44,910 nucleotides of DNA from Candidatus Heimdallarchaeota archaeon. Lineage in GTDB: Archaea > Asgardarchaeota > Heimdallarchaeia > Heimdallarchaeales > Heimdallarchaeaceae. This document shows, one piece after another, positions 26,663-37,367 of the stretch. The translations under genes were made by a program, and so were the position numbers. Under the pieces are notes generated by a model. It was not told the DNA's origin. It made no database searches and was given only the letters and a program-made list of their open reading frames with translations. How positions within the stretch are numbered: position 1 is the stretch's first letter; every line of letters starts with the position of its first letter. The DNA lies in assembly GCA_021399395.1 (NCBI GenBank), contig JAAFKJ010000021.1, positions 1 through 44,910 of the forward strand, read 5' to 3'.

Positions 26663-26813
26663 TTTTGACCACAGTATTTCCTTTGGTTAAATGATATGCA
26701 ATGATGACGTTTTTAAAAGATTCTGTTTCGCCTCTAAAACGAATCCAAAACACAGGTTAAGTTCTACTTGCGTTGTCGAAAGAGATTTAACCGTTCAAGA
26801 TTTTAAGTGAGTA

Positions 26814-28202
26814 ATGAAAAGGAAGTATTTTGGCACCAACGGGATTAGAGGAGTTGTTGGAGAGCGGATTAATCCTAAATTTGTATCTAGAATGAGTTCA
26901 GCTATTGCTTCCTATATGTTAGATAAGGGGACGATGGCAATAGGGGTTGACTCAAGAATTAGTAGTCCTACACTAAAAAACTCCATTATTGCAAGTTTCT
27001 TAGCGAATGGCATAGAAGTAATAGATGTTGGAATGGTACCAACCCCCCTTCTTCAGTTCGCCGTTCCATTTCTGAAAGCAGATATGGGGATAATGGTAAC
27101 TGCAAGTCACAACCCTCCTGAATTCAATGGAATGAAAATAATTGATTCTGATGGTATTGAAATAGACATTCATAAACAAATACAAATCGAACAGCAATAT
27201 GAAAAGGAAGAATATCAATATGTTAGTTGGAATGAAAACAAAAAGACAGCAAAAATGGATGTTTCAACAGAATATATTGAACAAATAATTAATCTTGTAG
27301 ATTTCGAAAAAATCAGAAAAAAGAATCTTACAGCTGTTGTAGATGGTGGAAATGGTGTAGGGAGCTTAATTACCCCACTTCTTCTACGAAAACTAGGTGT
27401 GAAGGTTGTTAGTTTAAATTGTCAATTGGATGGAAATTTCCCAGGAAGAGGTGTAGAACCTGTACCCGATAAACTTAGCTTAATGAATAGTATAACAACA
27501 GAAATTGGTGCTGACTTCTCAGTTGCACATGATGGAGATGCTGATAGAGCAATTTTCGGAGATAATAAAGGTCATATTCACTTTGGAGACAAGTCAATTG
27601 CACTTTTTGAAAAATGGGTTTTAGGTCAAAGTGACAATAAAAAATTCGTTACACCTATCAGTTCTTCCTCTATTATGGTCGATATAATAAACGAAGAAGG
27701 TGGCGAAATATTCTGGACACCCGTTGGATGTATTTATGTCAGTCGTAAAATGATTGAGAAAAATTGCATCCTTGGTGGTGAAGAAAATGGCGGTTTATTT
27801 TATGGTCCACACCAAAGTGTTAGAGATGGTATGATGGCAGCAGCTTTAATGGCTGAAATTCTTGCAAATTCCGAGAAGAGTTTAAATGAATTATTAAGTG
27901 ATTTTCCCCATTACTACCAAAGAAAGAATAAGTTACAATGCCCTGAAAATATTAAGGAAGATGTTATGCAATATATTATTTTAAATGCTGAAGAAGCTGA
28001 GGAAATCATTACCATTGATGGTGTCAAATTACTCTTCTCTGATGGCTGGACTCTTATTAGACCATCTGGTACTGAACCTATATTCAGAATTTTTGTTGAA
28101 GCAAAAACTGCTGAAAAAGCAGATGTGTTTATGAAAAACGGTTTAGAACTTGTTAGAAATGCAATCGAGAAATCCATAGGTAAACTCCAAAAACCAACAT
28201 AA
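26814..28202 (+). CDS. Alpha-D-phosphohexomutase (phosphoglucosamine mutase / phosphomannomutase)
   Basis: FGTNGIRG, TASHNP, DGDADR, GEENGG, RPSGTEP. Substrate specificity cannot be resolved. Confidence 0.92.
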   Translation: MKRKYFGTNGIRGVVGERINPKFVSRMSSAIASYMLDKGTMAIGVDSRISSPTLKNSIIASFLANGIEVIDVGMVPTPLLQFAVPFLKADMGIMVTASHNPPEFNGMKIIDSDGIEIDIHKQIQIEQQYEKEEYQYVSWNENKKTAKMDVSTEYIEQIINLVDFEKIRKKNLTAVVDGGNGVGSLITPLLLRKLGVKVVSLNCQLDGNFPGRGVEPVPDKLSLMNSITTEIGADFSVAHDGDADRAIFGDNKGHIHFGDKSIALFEKWVLGQSDNKKFVTPISSSSIMVDIINEEGGEIFWTPVGCIYVSRKMIEKNCILGGEENGGLFYGPHQSVRDGMMAAALMAEILANSEKSLNELLSDFPHYYQRKNKLQCPENIKEDVMQYIILNAEEAEEIITIDGVKLLFSDGWTLIRPSGTEPIFRIFVEAKTAEKADVFMKNGLELVRNAIEKSIGKLQKPT

Positions 28203-28314
28203 CAACTGATTAACACTTTTCTCAAATTTGTTGCTTTTTATTAAATTTAGATGTATTTAACAAAACTTAAAAAAAGAAATCAATAAGTTGCGTAGTATAT
28301 AGAGTGTAATTAAA

Positions 28315-30105
28315 ATGACCATTGCTAATTCAGAACAGACTGGTTACATTGAGAGAATTTCTGGACCTGTAGTTCAAGCTTCAAAAATGTTAGGAGCCAA
28401 ATTATATGATGTAGCGAGAATTGGTGAGGAGAAATTAGTTGGAGAGATTATCAGACTTACTGGAGATTTAGCTACAATCCAAGTGTATGAAAGTACAGAT
28501 GGGTTAACTCCAGGAGAACCTGTATATCGAACCAATGCTCCTCTTTCAGTAGAACTAGGACCAGGATTAATAAGGCAAATTTTTGATGGAATTCAAAGAC
28601 CATTACCAGTTATTCGTGAGATGTCTGGCGATTTCATAGAAAGAGGAATTGAAATTCCAGGATTAGATCACAAGAAATTGTGGGATTTTGCTCCCAGTGT
28701 AAAAGTTGGTGACAAAGTAATTGGAGGAGACATTCTAGGAGAGATTCCAGAAACACCTACAGTAGATTTCAAACTTATGGTTCCTCCAAACCTAAATGGA
28801 AAAATCGATTTTATTGCACAAAGAGGCGATTATAATATTGATGACACTGCTGCAACCTTGTTAACAGCTGATGGAGATAAAATTGATCTAAAATTCTATC
28901 ACAACTGGCCAGTTAGAAAACCAAGACCATATCACAGTCGATTACCTTCTAATGTTCCTCTAATAACAGGTCAGAGAATCTTTGATACTTTCGCTCCAAT
29001 TGCTAAAGGAGGAACTGGAGCTATTCCAGGAGGTTTTGGAACAGGAAAAACTGTAAGTCAACATCAGCTTGCTAAATGGTCAGATGCCAAGATAGTTGTC
29101 TATGTAGGGTGTGGTGAACGAGGAAATGAAATGACAGACGTTCTTCGTGAATTTCCAAGACTCGTAGATCCTTACACAGGAGGACCACTTATGGATCGTA
29201 CTGTTTTAATTGCAAATACATCAAACATGCCCGTCGCTGCCCGTGAAGCAAGTGTATATACTGGTATTACTCTTGCAGAATTTTTCAGAGATATGGGATA
29301 TGATGTTGCGATGATGGCCGATAGTACATCTCGTTGGGCAGAAGCTATGAGAGAGATATCAGGACGTTTAGAAGAAATGCCTGGCGAAGAATCTTTTCCA
29401 GCTTATCTCTCATCAAGAATTGCTCAATACTATGAAAGAGCAGGTCGTGTTTTAACAATTGGTTCAAAACAAAGAGAGGCCAGTATTACTGTAGTAGGAG
29501 CAGTTAGTCCTCCAGGTGGAGACTTTAGCGAACCAGTTACACAAAATACATTGAGAATTGTCAAAGTATTTTGGGCGCTTTCTAAAGAACTAGCAAGTCG
29601 TAGGCATTTTCCAGCAATTGATTATCTTTTAAGTTATACTCTTTATTGGTCAGCACTTGAAGATTACTACGCACAAAATGTGCATACTGAATTTCCCGAA
29701 TTAAGATCAGATGCTCTAGCACTACTACAAAAAGACAAAGAACTTCAAGATATTGTAGCTCTTGTTGGGCCTGATGCTTTACCTCCAAGTGAAAAAATAA
29801 TCCTTGAAACAGCAAGAATGCTCAAAGAAGATTTCTTACAACAAAATGCTTTCCATGAATCTGATAGTTTTTGCAGTCTAGAAAAACAATATTTGATGCT
29901 CAAAACAATTCTTCGTTTCCATGAAAAAGCTGAGGATCTTTACAGAAGAGGAACAAATGTCGCAGAAATATTTGAGAGTGATTTGGTTGTAAGAATTGCA
30001 CGAATGAAATATATCGAAAGAAGCGATGTTGAAACTAGTTTAAATGAGCTAATGAAAGAAATTGATGGATTAACACCTCAGAACTTCGGGGTGGAGGACA
30101 TTTAA
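28315..30105 (+). CDS. atpA: A/V-type ATP synthase subunit A
   Basis: [40 protein letters not shown]; no intein. Confidence 0.98.
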   Translation: MTIANSEQTGYIERISGPVVQASKMLGAKLYDVARIGEEKLVGEIIRLTGDLATIQVYESTDGLTPGEPVYRTNAPLSVELGPGLIRQIFDGIQRPLPVIREMSGDFIERGIEIPGLDHKKLWDFAPSVKVGDKVIGGDILGEIPETPTVDFKLMVPPNLNGKIDFIAQRGDYNIDDTAATLLTADGDKIDLKFYHNWPVRKPRPYHSRLPSNVPLITGQRIFDTFAPIAKGGTGAIPGGFGTGKTVSQHQLAKWSDAKIVVYVGCGERGNEMTDVLREFPRLVDPYTGGPLMDRTVLIANTSNMPVAAREASVYTGITLAEFFRDMGYDVAMMADSTSRWAEAMREISGRLEEMPGEESFPAYLSSRIAQYYERAGRVLTIGSKQREASITVVGAVSPPGGDFSEPVTQNTLRIVKVFWALSKELASRRHFPAIDYLLSYTLYWSALEDYYAQNVHTEFPELRSDALALLQKDKELQDIVALVGPDALPPSEKIILETARMLKEDFLQQNAFHESDSFCSLEKQYLMLKTILRFHEKAEDLYRRGTNVAEIFESDLVVRIARMKYIERSDVETSLNELMKEIDGLTPQNFGVEDI

Positions 30106-30118
30106 TAGAGGGATAAAA

Positions 30119-31561
30119 ATGACAATACAAGAAAAATATGAAGCAAGAGAATTTCAAACTGTATCAGAAGTTTCTGGACCTTTGATGTTTGTAGATTTAA
30201 AAGAAATGGGAGGAGTATCTTACGGAGAAATGGTTGAAATCACCACCACTACAGGAGAAAAAAGAAGAGGGCAAGTCTTAGATGTGTCCAAAAGTCTAGC
30301 AGTCATTCAGTGTTTTGAAGGTACTTCTGGTCTCGAAACAAAAGATACTACTTGTAGGTTTCTTGGAGAAACAATGAAAATAGGTGTCAGCAAAGACATG
30401 CTTGGTCGTGTTTTCAATGGAAGAGGTGACCCCATAGATGGTGGAGGAGATATAGTTCCAGATAAAATATTGGATGTAGCTGGAACACCAATCAATCCAT
30501 CTGCTCGTCAATATCCAAAAGAATTCATCGAGACTGGAGTTAGTACAATTGATACTCTACTTACTCTGGTTAGAGGGCAAAAGTTACCTCTCTTTAGTGG
30601 AAGTGGGTTACCTCATAATATGCTCGCAGCTCAAATTGCACGTCAAGCTAAAGTACTTGGAGCAGAAGAAGAATTTGCAGTTATCTTTTCAGCTATGGGA
30701 ATCACAGCTGATGAAGCTAGGTTCTTCCGTGATGACTTTGAAGCAACTGGTGCCTTAGATAAAGTTGTTTTATTCTTGAATCTAGCTGATGATCCTGCTA
30801 TTGAACGCCTATTAACCCCCCGGTTAGCTTTGACAGCTGCAGAACATCTTGCTTATGAGCTCGATTATCATGTTTTAGTAATTTTAACAGACATTACATC
30901 ATATGCAGAATCATTACGTGAAGTTGCAGCGGCTAGAAGTGAAGTACCAAGTAGAAGAGGTTACCCTGGATACATGTATTCTGATTTTTCAACAATATAT
31001 GAAAGAGCCGGAAGAATACAGAATAAGAAAGGAACAATTACACAAATACCAATCCTAACTCTACCAAATTACGATATTACTCATCCTGTACCTGATCTTA
31101 CAGGCTATATTACTGAAGGCCAAGTATACGTAGATGTGGCTTTAAATCGTAAGGGTCTTTACCCACCAATAAATCCATTACCTTCACTTTCAAGACTTAT
31201 GAAAGATACAATAGGACAAGGGTCAACTAGAAGCGACCACAAATATGTTGCTGATCAACTTTATGCTCTTTATGCAACTGGAAGAGATTTAAGAGATTTA
31301 GTTGCAGTTGTGGGAGATGAATCACTTTCAGATACTGATAAGAAAGTTCTAGAATTCGCTGATTTATTTGAACAGAAGTTTATCAACCAAGATTATCATG
31401 AAGACAGATCCATATTCGAATCATTAGATATTGGTTGGGAGATGTTATCTATTTTCGATGATCCTTACAGAGTTCTCAAGCGTATTCCTTCAGAAGTAAT
31501 TGATAAGTTCCATATAGACAAAAGAGACGATAAAACAGATTACAATTCAGTTGATACCTGA
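30119..31561 (+). CDS. atpB: A/V-type ATP synthase subunit B
   Basis: [47 protein letters not shown]. Confidence 0.98.
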   Translation: MTIQEKYEAREFQTVSEVSGPLMFVDLKEMGGVSYGEMVEITTTTGEKRRGQVLDVSKSLAVIQCFEGTSGLETKDTTCRFLGETMKIGVSKDMLGRVFNGRGDPIDGGGDIVPDKILDVAGTPINPSARQYPKEFIETGVSTIDTLLTLVRGQKLPLFSGSGLPHNMLAAQIARQAKVLGAEEEFAVIFSAMGITADEARFFRDDFEATGALDKVVLFLNLADDPAIERLLTPRLALTAAEHLAYELDYHVLVILTDITSYAESLREVAAARSEVPSRRGYPGYMYSDFSTIYERAGRIQNKKGTITQIPILTLPNYDITHPVPDLTGYITEGQVYVDVALNRKGLYPPINPLPSLSRLMKDTIGQGSTRSDHKYVADQLYALYATGRDLRDLVAVVGDESLSDTDKKVLEFADLFEQKFINQDYHEDRSIFESLDIGWEMLSIFDDPYRVLKRIPSEVIDKFHIDKRDDKTDYNSVDT

Positions 31562-31747
31562 TTTTACAATCGTTCTCATTTTTTCATTTTATTAAAGGAT
31601 AATCAATAGTAAGTGTGTTTTTTATTCCAGTTCTACACAGTCTAAATCATTGAAATTCAACCATTTCTTCACTTTCAAAAAATTATTAATCTCATCCATA
31701 CCAATAGAAAATTCAACATCCTACTCATAACCAATTTCTGAATCAAA

Positions 31748-32272
31748 TCATTCGCTTTTCTTGTATTTTCCTCTTACATATGTAAGTAGATTAGGATACT
31801 CATTATCTCTCCATTTCTCATCTAAATGTAAAGCAACTACTTCCCCAATAAACAAATCATGAGAACCTAATTCGACAATTTGATGCAGTTTGCATTCCAT
31901 ACTCACTGGACATTCCGAGATAAATGGTGTAGTTATTTTTACACTTTGTCCCTTTGTGAAATTGCATTCTTTCCATTTATCAAAATCTTTTCCAGACTTT
32001 GTTCCGCAAAACTCAACAGAATCTTTCAAATTTTCTGTAGGAATGTTGACAACAAACTCCTTGGATTGGCAAATTAAATCATAGGAGAACCTTTCCTTTC
32101 TTATAGCTACTGCAACATAAGGTGGATTTGAGCTGCAAGTTCCTCCCCAAGCAAGGGTTATAATGGATTCTTTATCTTCATAAGATGCTGAAACAAGCAT
32201 TACTGGATTTGGATACAGCGCTGATGCGGGTCTTTCTTGTAGAGTCTTCATATTCATCGTATTCGTGGACAC
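31748..32272 (-). CDS. Flavin reductase-like FMN-binding protein
   Basis: LYPNPVMLV, EFVVNIP, CGTKSG, ECKL, GSHDLFIGEV. Confidence 0.9.
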   Translation of the reverse strand: MSTNTMNMKTLQERPASALYPNPVMLVSASYEDKESIITLAWGGTCSSNPPYVAVAIRKERFSYDLICQSKEFVVNIPTENLKDSVEFCGTKSGKDFDKWKECNFTKGQSVKITTPFISECPVSMECKLHQIVELGSHDLFIGEVVALHLDEKWRDNEYPNLLTYVRGKYKKSE

Positions 32273-32298
32273 AGTTCAGAAGATAAGTTTTTCCCGTA

Positions 32299-32847
32299 TC
32301 ATGCTTCGCCTAGTTTTTCAGTTGATTTCATTAAGGCTCCTACATTTGAAGGTGTAAAGAAGCCATCAAAATCTCCGAAACGTTGTACATATTCGATTAT
32401 ATGGTTAGCAGTTGTTGTAGGTAAAGTGAAAATTTGTTTAATTCCATCCTCTTCACTTCCAATTATATAATCAGTTGTGAACTTAACTCCCCTTTCTTTC
32501 TGGATTTCCACAACTTTCTCTATATCTTTAACTAAGTAAGCAAAATGATGAATTCGACCACCATATTTCTCAACATACTTTTCAACAATAGAATCTTCTG
32601 TTAGCCCTTCGCTAACAACGATAACAGGTAGTGTTTCGTGAAGTTTCAGTGTACTTGTAATTGCATTCATAGATATGACTTTGAAAGTTTTATAGTCCTT
32701 ATAAGGTACCAAGTTGGCAAGCTCTGCCATTGCTTTTTCTCTTTCTCCTTTCTTAACTCTGTATGCTATGTGATCTAATTTGACAATTAAATCTTTTAAA
32801 CCGGCGTCTTCAATTTCACCATAAAGCTCTGATACGTTTTTTAACAT
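32299..32847 (-). CDS. Single-domain VOC/glyoxalase protein resembling the C-terminal half of HPPD
   Basis: DHIAY, HHFAY, QIFT, EYVQR-x5-GFF-x3-N-x2-ALM. Confidence 0.7.
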   Translation of the reverse strand: MLKNVSELYGEIEDAGLKDLIVKLDHIAYRVKKGEREKAMAELANLVPYKDYKTFKVISMNAITSTLKLHETLPVIVVSEGLTEDSIVEKYVEKYGGRIHHFAYLVKDIEKVVEIQKERGVKFTTDYIIGSEEDGIKQIFTLPTTTANHIIEYVQRFGDFDGFFTPSNVGALMKSTEKLGEA

Positions 32848-32941
32848 GATTTTTCCACCTTTAATAGTTTATAATTTGAAGTGATATTTGAAAGTTTATT
32901 AATTTCAAAATTAAATCGGTGAGAAAAATATTTTATCTAGC

Positions 32942-33652
32942 TTGTCACTATTCAATGTAGATTACATGGATTCCAAAGAAGTTCTATTGAAACTCAAATT
33001 AGCTCAGAACCCTAATAGTATTGAAGGGATGGCAAAATTTGGCATTACTCCTGACAAAACTTTTGGCATAAAAATTCCTGTTTTACGTAAAATGGCAAAG
33101 GAAATAGGTGTTGACCACAATTTAGCTTTAGAATTATGGGGGCTTGGATATAGAGAAACAATGATACTTGCTTCAATGATTGATGACTTAACTCAAGTTA
33201 CGGAACAACAAATGGAATCATGGGTTAACGATTTCAGTTATTGGGAAATATGTGATCAAGCTATAATGAATCTCTTTGAAAAGAAAGAGCAAGCATATGA
33301 TAAGGCTGTTGAATGGAGTTTAAGAGAAGAAGAATTTGTTAAAAGAGCAGGTTTTGTTATGATGGCACGATTAGCTGTGAGTGATAAAAAAGCTCAAGAT
33401 GAACAATTTCAAGAATTTTTCCCTCATATCTTAAGAGGAGCTAAAGATGACAGAAATTTTGTAAAGAAAGCTGTTAATTGGGCTATAAGACAAATAGGAA
33501 AACGTAATTTAAGTCTAAACAAACATACTATTCAACTGTCAAAAGAAATTCAATCGATTGATTCAAAATCTGCTAAATGGATTGCAAATGATGCTCTTAG
33601 AGAATTATTAAGTGATCCTGTACAAAAACGATTAAGTAAAAACTCGAAATAA
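32942..33652 (+). CDS. DNA alkylation repair protein (AlkD-like)
   Basis: GIKIPVLR, LALELW, WEICDQ, DDRNFVKKAVNWAIRQIGKR. Confidence 0.9.
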   Translation: MSLFNVDYMDSKEVLLKLKLAQNPNSIEGMAKFGITPDKTFGIKIPVLRKMAKEIGVDHNLALELWGLGYRETMILASMIDDLTQVTEQQMESWVNDFSYWEICDQAIMNLFEKKEQAYDKAVEWSLREEEFVKRAGFVMMARLAVSDKKAQDEQFQEFFPHILRGAKDDRNFVKKAVNWAIRQIGKRNLSLNKHTIQLSKEIQSIDSKSAKWIANDALRELLSDPVQKRLSKNSK

Positions 33653-33666
33653 AGACATTAAAAGGA

Positions 33667-34293
33667 CTACCTTTCACCCTTCATTATTTTCTTTGTCTTT
33701 TCTGTAATTTCTTCCATTTCACTTATTTTGTCTGTTAAAACCTGTTTCAACTGTTCATTATCAAATGCTTCTAGTCTTCCATTACAATGTTCGCACTCGA
33801 AATTATTATCCATTGCCTCTTGAAAAGTAACACGGGGACATTCAGGATTATTGCAAGTAAAGAACATATTGGATTCTTCGTAATTTAGTCTCTCTTTTAA
33901 TTTTGACATTACTTCTTGTTGCTTTTTCTCTACAAAAATATCGATTCGTTCTGGATGTAATGTCCAGAAATAAACAAACCAGCCAGTTGATTTATCTCTA
34001 ATTCTTCTAAAAGTCGCCAACTGTAAATCATATAGTTTGTACAGAGATTTTCTAACTTGGTTTAGCCTCATATCAAGTTTTTCTGAAATTTCTTCATCTG
34101 TAGTCTCTTTATCGGCATTTAGTAAAACTAATGTTACTTGTTTTACTTCCTCTCCCGCTATGTCATCAACAACCTCAATAAGAGTTTGTCTTTGTCTTTC
34201 AGAGATGTTTATTTTTGATGCCATTTTGGTGGCACCAACATCACTTTCCTCGTCAAAATCACTTACTGCTTCCCTAGACATAGTCAAACTCAC
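33667..34293 (-). CDS. tfe: Transcription factor E (TFIIE alpha)
   Basis: TDEEI, VRKSLYKLY, RDKSTGWFVYFW; Zn ribbon CNNPEC...CEHC; DN motif. Confidence 0.93.
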   Translation of the reverse strand: MSLTMSREAVSDFDEESDVGATKMASKINISERQRQTLIEVVDDIAGEEVKQVTLVLLNADKETTDEEISEKLDMRLNQVRKSLYKLYDLQLATFRRIRDKSTGWFVYFWTLHPERIDIFVEKKQQEVMSKLKERLNYEESNMFFTCNNPECPRVTFQEAMDNNFECEHCNGRLEAFDNEQLKQVLTDKISEMEEITEKTKKIMKGER

Positions 34294-34451
34294 ACTTGAA
34301 GAATTTTAATAGTAACAACAAAATGTTATTCACTTAATCCTTCTTTAATTTTCTCTTATGGGGGTAAACTGTAAAATGGATGAAATACAAAAGAAATTTG
34401 TGTTAGGGTCGAGGAAAAAAATAAATAAAGCTCTTAAAGATTCATTCTCAA

Positions 34452-35633
34452 ATGAGTATAATTAAGCAGAAAACTGACCAAGCAGTTGGAATTTTAAAGG
34501 AACTAGATATTGATGTTTGGTTAACCTATGTTAGGAAGACATCTGAAATACATGACCCCGCACTATATTTCCTTTTGGAAGATAGTTGGTTAACTTGGCA
34601 ATCTGCTCTGATTATTAGTAAAGATGGGCAAAAAATCGCTATCTGTGGAAGATATGATGCGCAAAATCTAGAAAAATCTGGAATTTATGACAGAGTTGTT
34701 AGTTATGATGAAAGTATAAAAGATCCCTTACTCAATGTTCTAAATGAATTAAATCCTCAGAACATAGCTATAAACTATTCAATAGATAATATTGCAGCTG
34801 ATGGACTAACTCATGGATTGTGGATAAGATTAAACAAGATACTAGAGGGTACTGTTTTTCTAGAAAGATTAATATCTTCAGAGAAGTTGTTGGCAGCATT
34901 AAGAGGAAGAAAGACAGAAGCAGAGATTGAAAGAATAAAAAAAGCAGTAGATATCAGTGAGGAAGGACATAGAAAAGTAACTGAAACAGCTAAACTAGGA
35001 GTATCAGAAGAGGATATAGAAGAAGTTCTTTTGAAATTTACTAAAGACAAAGGACTTACAGTATCATATCCACCCTTAATTCATGTTGGTCCTACAACAA
35101 CCATAGGTCATGGAAAAGCATCCCCAGACATCAAAATCAAAAAAGGAGATCTCATTAATGTAGACTATGGAGTCTTCTATGAAGGATATGCTTCGGATCT
35201 TCAAAGAATGAATTATATCTTAGGAGAAGAAGAAGATATACCTCCAACAGAAGTAATTAGAGCATTTGAAACAGTAGTTAATGCAATTACTGCAAGCGCA
35301 GAAGTATTAAAACCTGGAATTCTAGGATGGGAAGTTGATCAAGTAGCAAGGAAAATTGTCACAGATGCAGGATATAAAGAATTTATGCATGCTCTAGGTC
35401 ATCAAATAGGGCGCAATGTTCACGATGGTGGTTGTCTCTTGGGACCTAGGTGGGAAAAGTATGGTGAATCTCCATTCTATCCCGTTGAAGAAGGTCAAGC
35501 TTTTACCTTAGAACTTCATGTTTATGTAGAAAATCATGGCTATTGTAGTATTGAAGAGGATGTCTTAGTCACCAAAGATGGTTGTGAGTTTCTTTCAAAA
35601 AGACAATTAGAACTACCATTGCTAAAACTATAG
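34452..35633 (+). CDS. Xaa-Pro peptidase family (M24) protein
   Basis: KTEAEI, VDYG, YASDLQR, HALGHQIG-x2-VHD, TLE, IEEDVLVT. Confidence 0.92.
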   Translation: MSIIKQKTDQAVGILKELDIDVWLTYVRKTSEIHDPALYFLLEDSWLTWQSALIISKDGQKIAICGRYDAQNLEKSGIYDRVVSYDESIKDPLLNVLNELNPQNIAINYSIDNIAADGLTHGLWIRLNKILEGTVFLERLISSEKLLAALRGRKTEAEIERIKKAVDISEEGHRKVTETAKLGVSEEDIEEVLLKFTKDKGLTVSYPPLIHVGPTTTIGHGKASPDIKIKKGDLINVDYGVFYEGYASDLQRMNYILGEEEDIPPTEVIRAFETVVNAITASAEVLKPGILGWEVDQVARKIVTDAGYKEFMHALGHQIGRNVHDGGCLLGPRWEKYGESPFYPVEEGQAFTLELHVYVENHGYCSIEEDVLVTKDGCEFLSKRQLELPLLKL

Positions 35634-35672
35634 TTCAGTAAAAATATAAATGTCTAAGCGAGGTGTTAGATA

Positions 35673-36935
35673 ATGAGGAAAAATTCGTTACTACTTATTT
35701 TCATACTTATATCCACTATTTCACTATCTTTTTACTCTACAAATTTGGATGCATTTCCAACTCAGAATAGTGAAAATCCTATTAGAACCTATGCAGTTCT
35801 TTTTGATCAATTCCCGCATGACGTCAATGGAACTACCATGTGTTCTGCAGTAGAGCTTAAAGATGCCCTTCTAAATTTGGGATGGTCTGGAGATAATATC
35901 TCTTTATTTTTGGGTGAAGAGAATTTGACCAAAACCATTTTCTTAGAACAATTGAACTATCTTGAACAAGTAGTCGATGAAAATGATTTGGTTTTCATTT
36001 ATATTATGGCCCATGGACACACCTATTGTCGAGATGTTCTTGAGTTTAATAGTTGGTTTCAAATCGAGTTTTTCCAAATAAACACAAAAAACAAAGTATA
36101 TCTTATGGATTCTTGTTACGCAGGAGAATTCGTTAAAAATTTCTATGATCAGTGTTTTGCACTGGGGAGTGTAGCTGAGCATGAAATTGCAATAGGTTAT
36201 TTTCCAGAAGAAAATGGTACATGGATTCTTAGTGAGCCACCTTTCGCAGGAGGTATTTCTTCGCACTTCTGGGCAAAAGCACTTACAAACATTGAAGCAG
36301 ACACATCATTAGATGGTGTTGTGAGTTTGGAGGAAATGCACACATATTCTTTACCAAACATACGAGCTTGTTATAATGAGACCTTTGAACTTTATCCCGA
36401 TATGGCAGATTATGCAGAAAACATAGCTGGCTATACAGAAAATTACCCATATCCCAAAATAATGAATAATCTTCATTATGAGTTAACTCTAAATGCAACA
36501 GAATTCAGATTAAACAACGAACAATATGTTTGGGAGGATGATATAGAATCTCCAAAAATACGTTCTCAAAATATAATCTATTTTACGGAGGAAGACGATG
36601 TTATAGACATAACCTTTCAGATAAGCGATCAATCTTCTTTTGATTATTATTGTTATGTGGATGGCCAATTGGATCCATTTGCTACTGGAAGTCATGCTGC
36701 AACAGGAGAGGAATATTGGAATTTCACCTATGAATTATCAATTCAATCAAATAATAATTACAATGTCTCGTTAGCAGCTGTAGATGAATGGTCTAATAGA
36801 AACGAAAATTTCACCCTTGTGGTCTACAATGGCGAATCCAACACTGCCAATTATGAGTTTACAGTTTCAATTTTAGTATTTTTAGTATTTCAAATTGTCA
36901 TTTTACGTTTGAAAGCAAGAAAAAGAAAAGATTAA
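35673..36935 (+). CDS. Exported, C-terminally anchored clan CD (caspase/legumain-like) cysteine peptidase
   Basis: Signal peptide; FIYIMAHG and MDSCYAG (His/Cys dyad); ADTSLDGVVSLEE; beta-rich Ig-like region; C-terminal TM plus RLKARKRKD. Confidence 0.75.
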   Translation: MRKNSLLLIFILISTISLSFYSTNLDAFPTQNSENPIRTYAVLFDQFPHDVNGTTMCSAVELKDALLNLGWSGDNISLFLGEENLTKTIFLEQLNYLEQVVDENDLVFIYIMAHGHTYCRDVLEFNSWFQIEFFQINTKNKVYLMDSCYAGEFVKNFYDQCFALGSVAEHEIAIGYFPEENGTWILSEPPFAGGISSHFWAKALTNIEADTSLDGVVSLEEMHTYSLPNIRACYNETFELYPDMADYAENIAGYTENYPYPKIMNNLHYELTLNATEFRLNNEQYVWEDDIESPKIRSQNIIYFTEEDDVIDITFQISDQSSFDYYCYVDGQLDPFATGSHAATGEEYWNFTYELSIQSNNNYNVSLAAVDEWSNRNENFTLVVYNGESNTANYEFTVSILVFLVFQIVILRLKARKRKD

Positions 36936-36984
36936 ATAAGTATTGAAAGACTTCTCAAATATCACTTGACTAAAAACTAATTTT

Positions 36985-37093
36985 GCGGGGATAGCCAAGT
37001 GGCCAAAGGCGGCGGACTCAAGATTAAAAATCTGAGTCAATGAGAAATCCGTTCCTTAGTGGTACGGGAGTTCGAATCTCCCTCCCCGCACCA
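36985..37093 (+). tRNA. tRNA-Leu(CAA) with 24-nt intron at 37/38 (37023-37046), CCA encoded
   Basis: Exons differ from the tRNA-Leu(TAA) gene at 3 positions; BHB with CTCA/TGAG helix and AGA and AAA bulges. Confidence 0.95.
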
Positions 37094-37173
37094 TTTCTAA
37101 CTAATTTATTGAATAAGACGCGAATTTGTTTTGTAACAACATTTTTTTAAAGCATAGTTCTCAAAACTCATTC

Positions 37174-37359
37174 ATGTCAAAGATACCATATCCAACAACT
37201 AAGTTTCTGAAAGTCAAATGTACTAGTTGTAATAATGAGCAAATTGTTTTTGATTCTGCAAAAATAGTAGTCAAATGTGATGTTTGTAGTGAGGATTTGA
37301 CTCAACCTCGTGGAGGAAAGGCTAAAATCCTTGGAGAGATTTTAGAAGTTCTTTCTTAG
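37174..37359 (+). CDS. rps27e: 30S ribosomal protein S27e
   Basis: FLKVKCTSCNNEQIVF...CDVC...PRGGKA; ATG at 37174. Confidence 0.95.
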   Translation: MSKIPYPTTKFLKVKCTSCNNEQIVFDSAKIVVKCDVCSEDLTQPRGGKAKILGEILEVLS

Positions 37360-37367
37360 TCTTATAT

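Noticed and set aside
26718-26793. Two imperfect hairpins in the atpH/phosphohexomutase divergent gap as an ncRNA
   Set aside because: Short imperfect stems with no recognisable RNA family motif.
28315-30105. Intein in ATPase subunit A
   Set aside because: Normal length (596 aa) and a continuous GCGERGNE motif.
5026-37093. Two near-identical same-strand tRNA-Leu sequences 32 kb apart as attL/attR of an integrated element
   Set aside because: Both are complete genes with different anticodons and introns; the interval holds core genes and no integrase.
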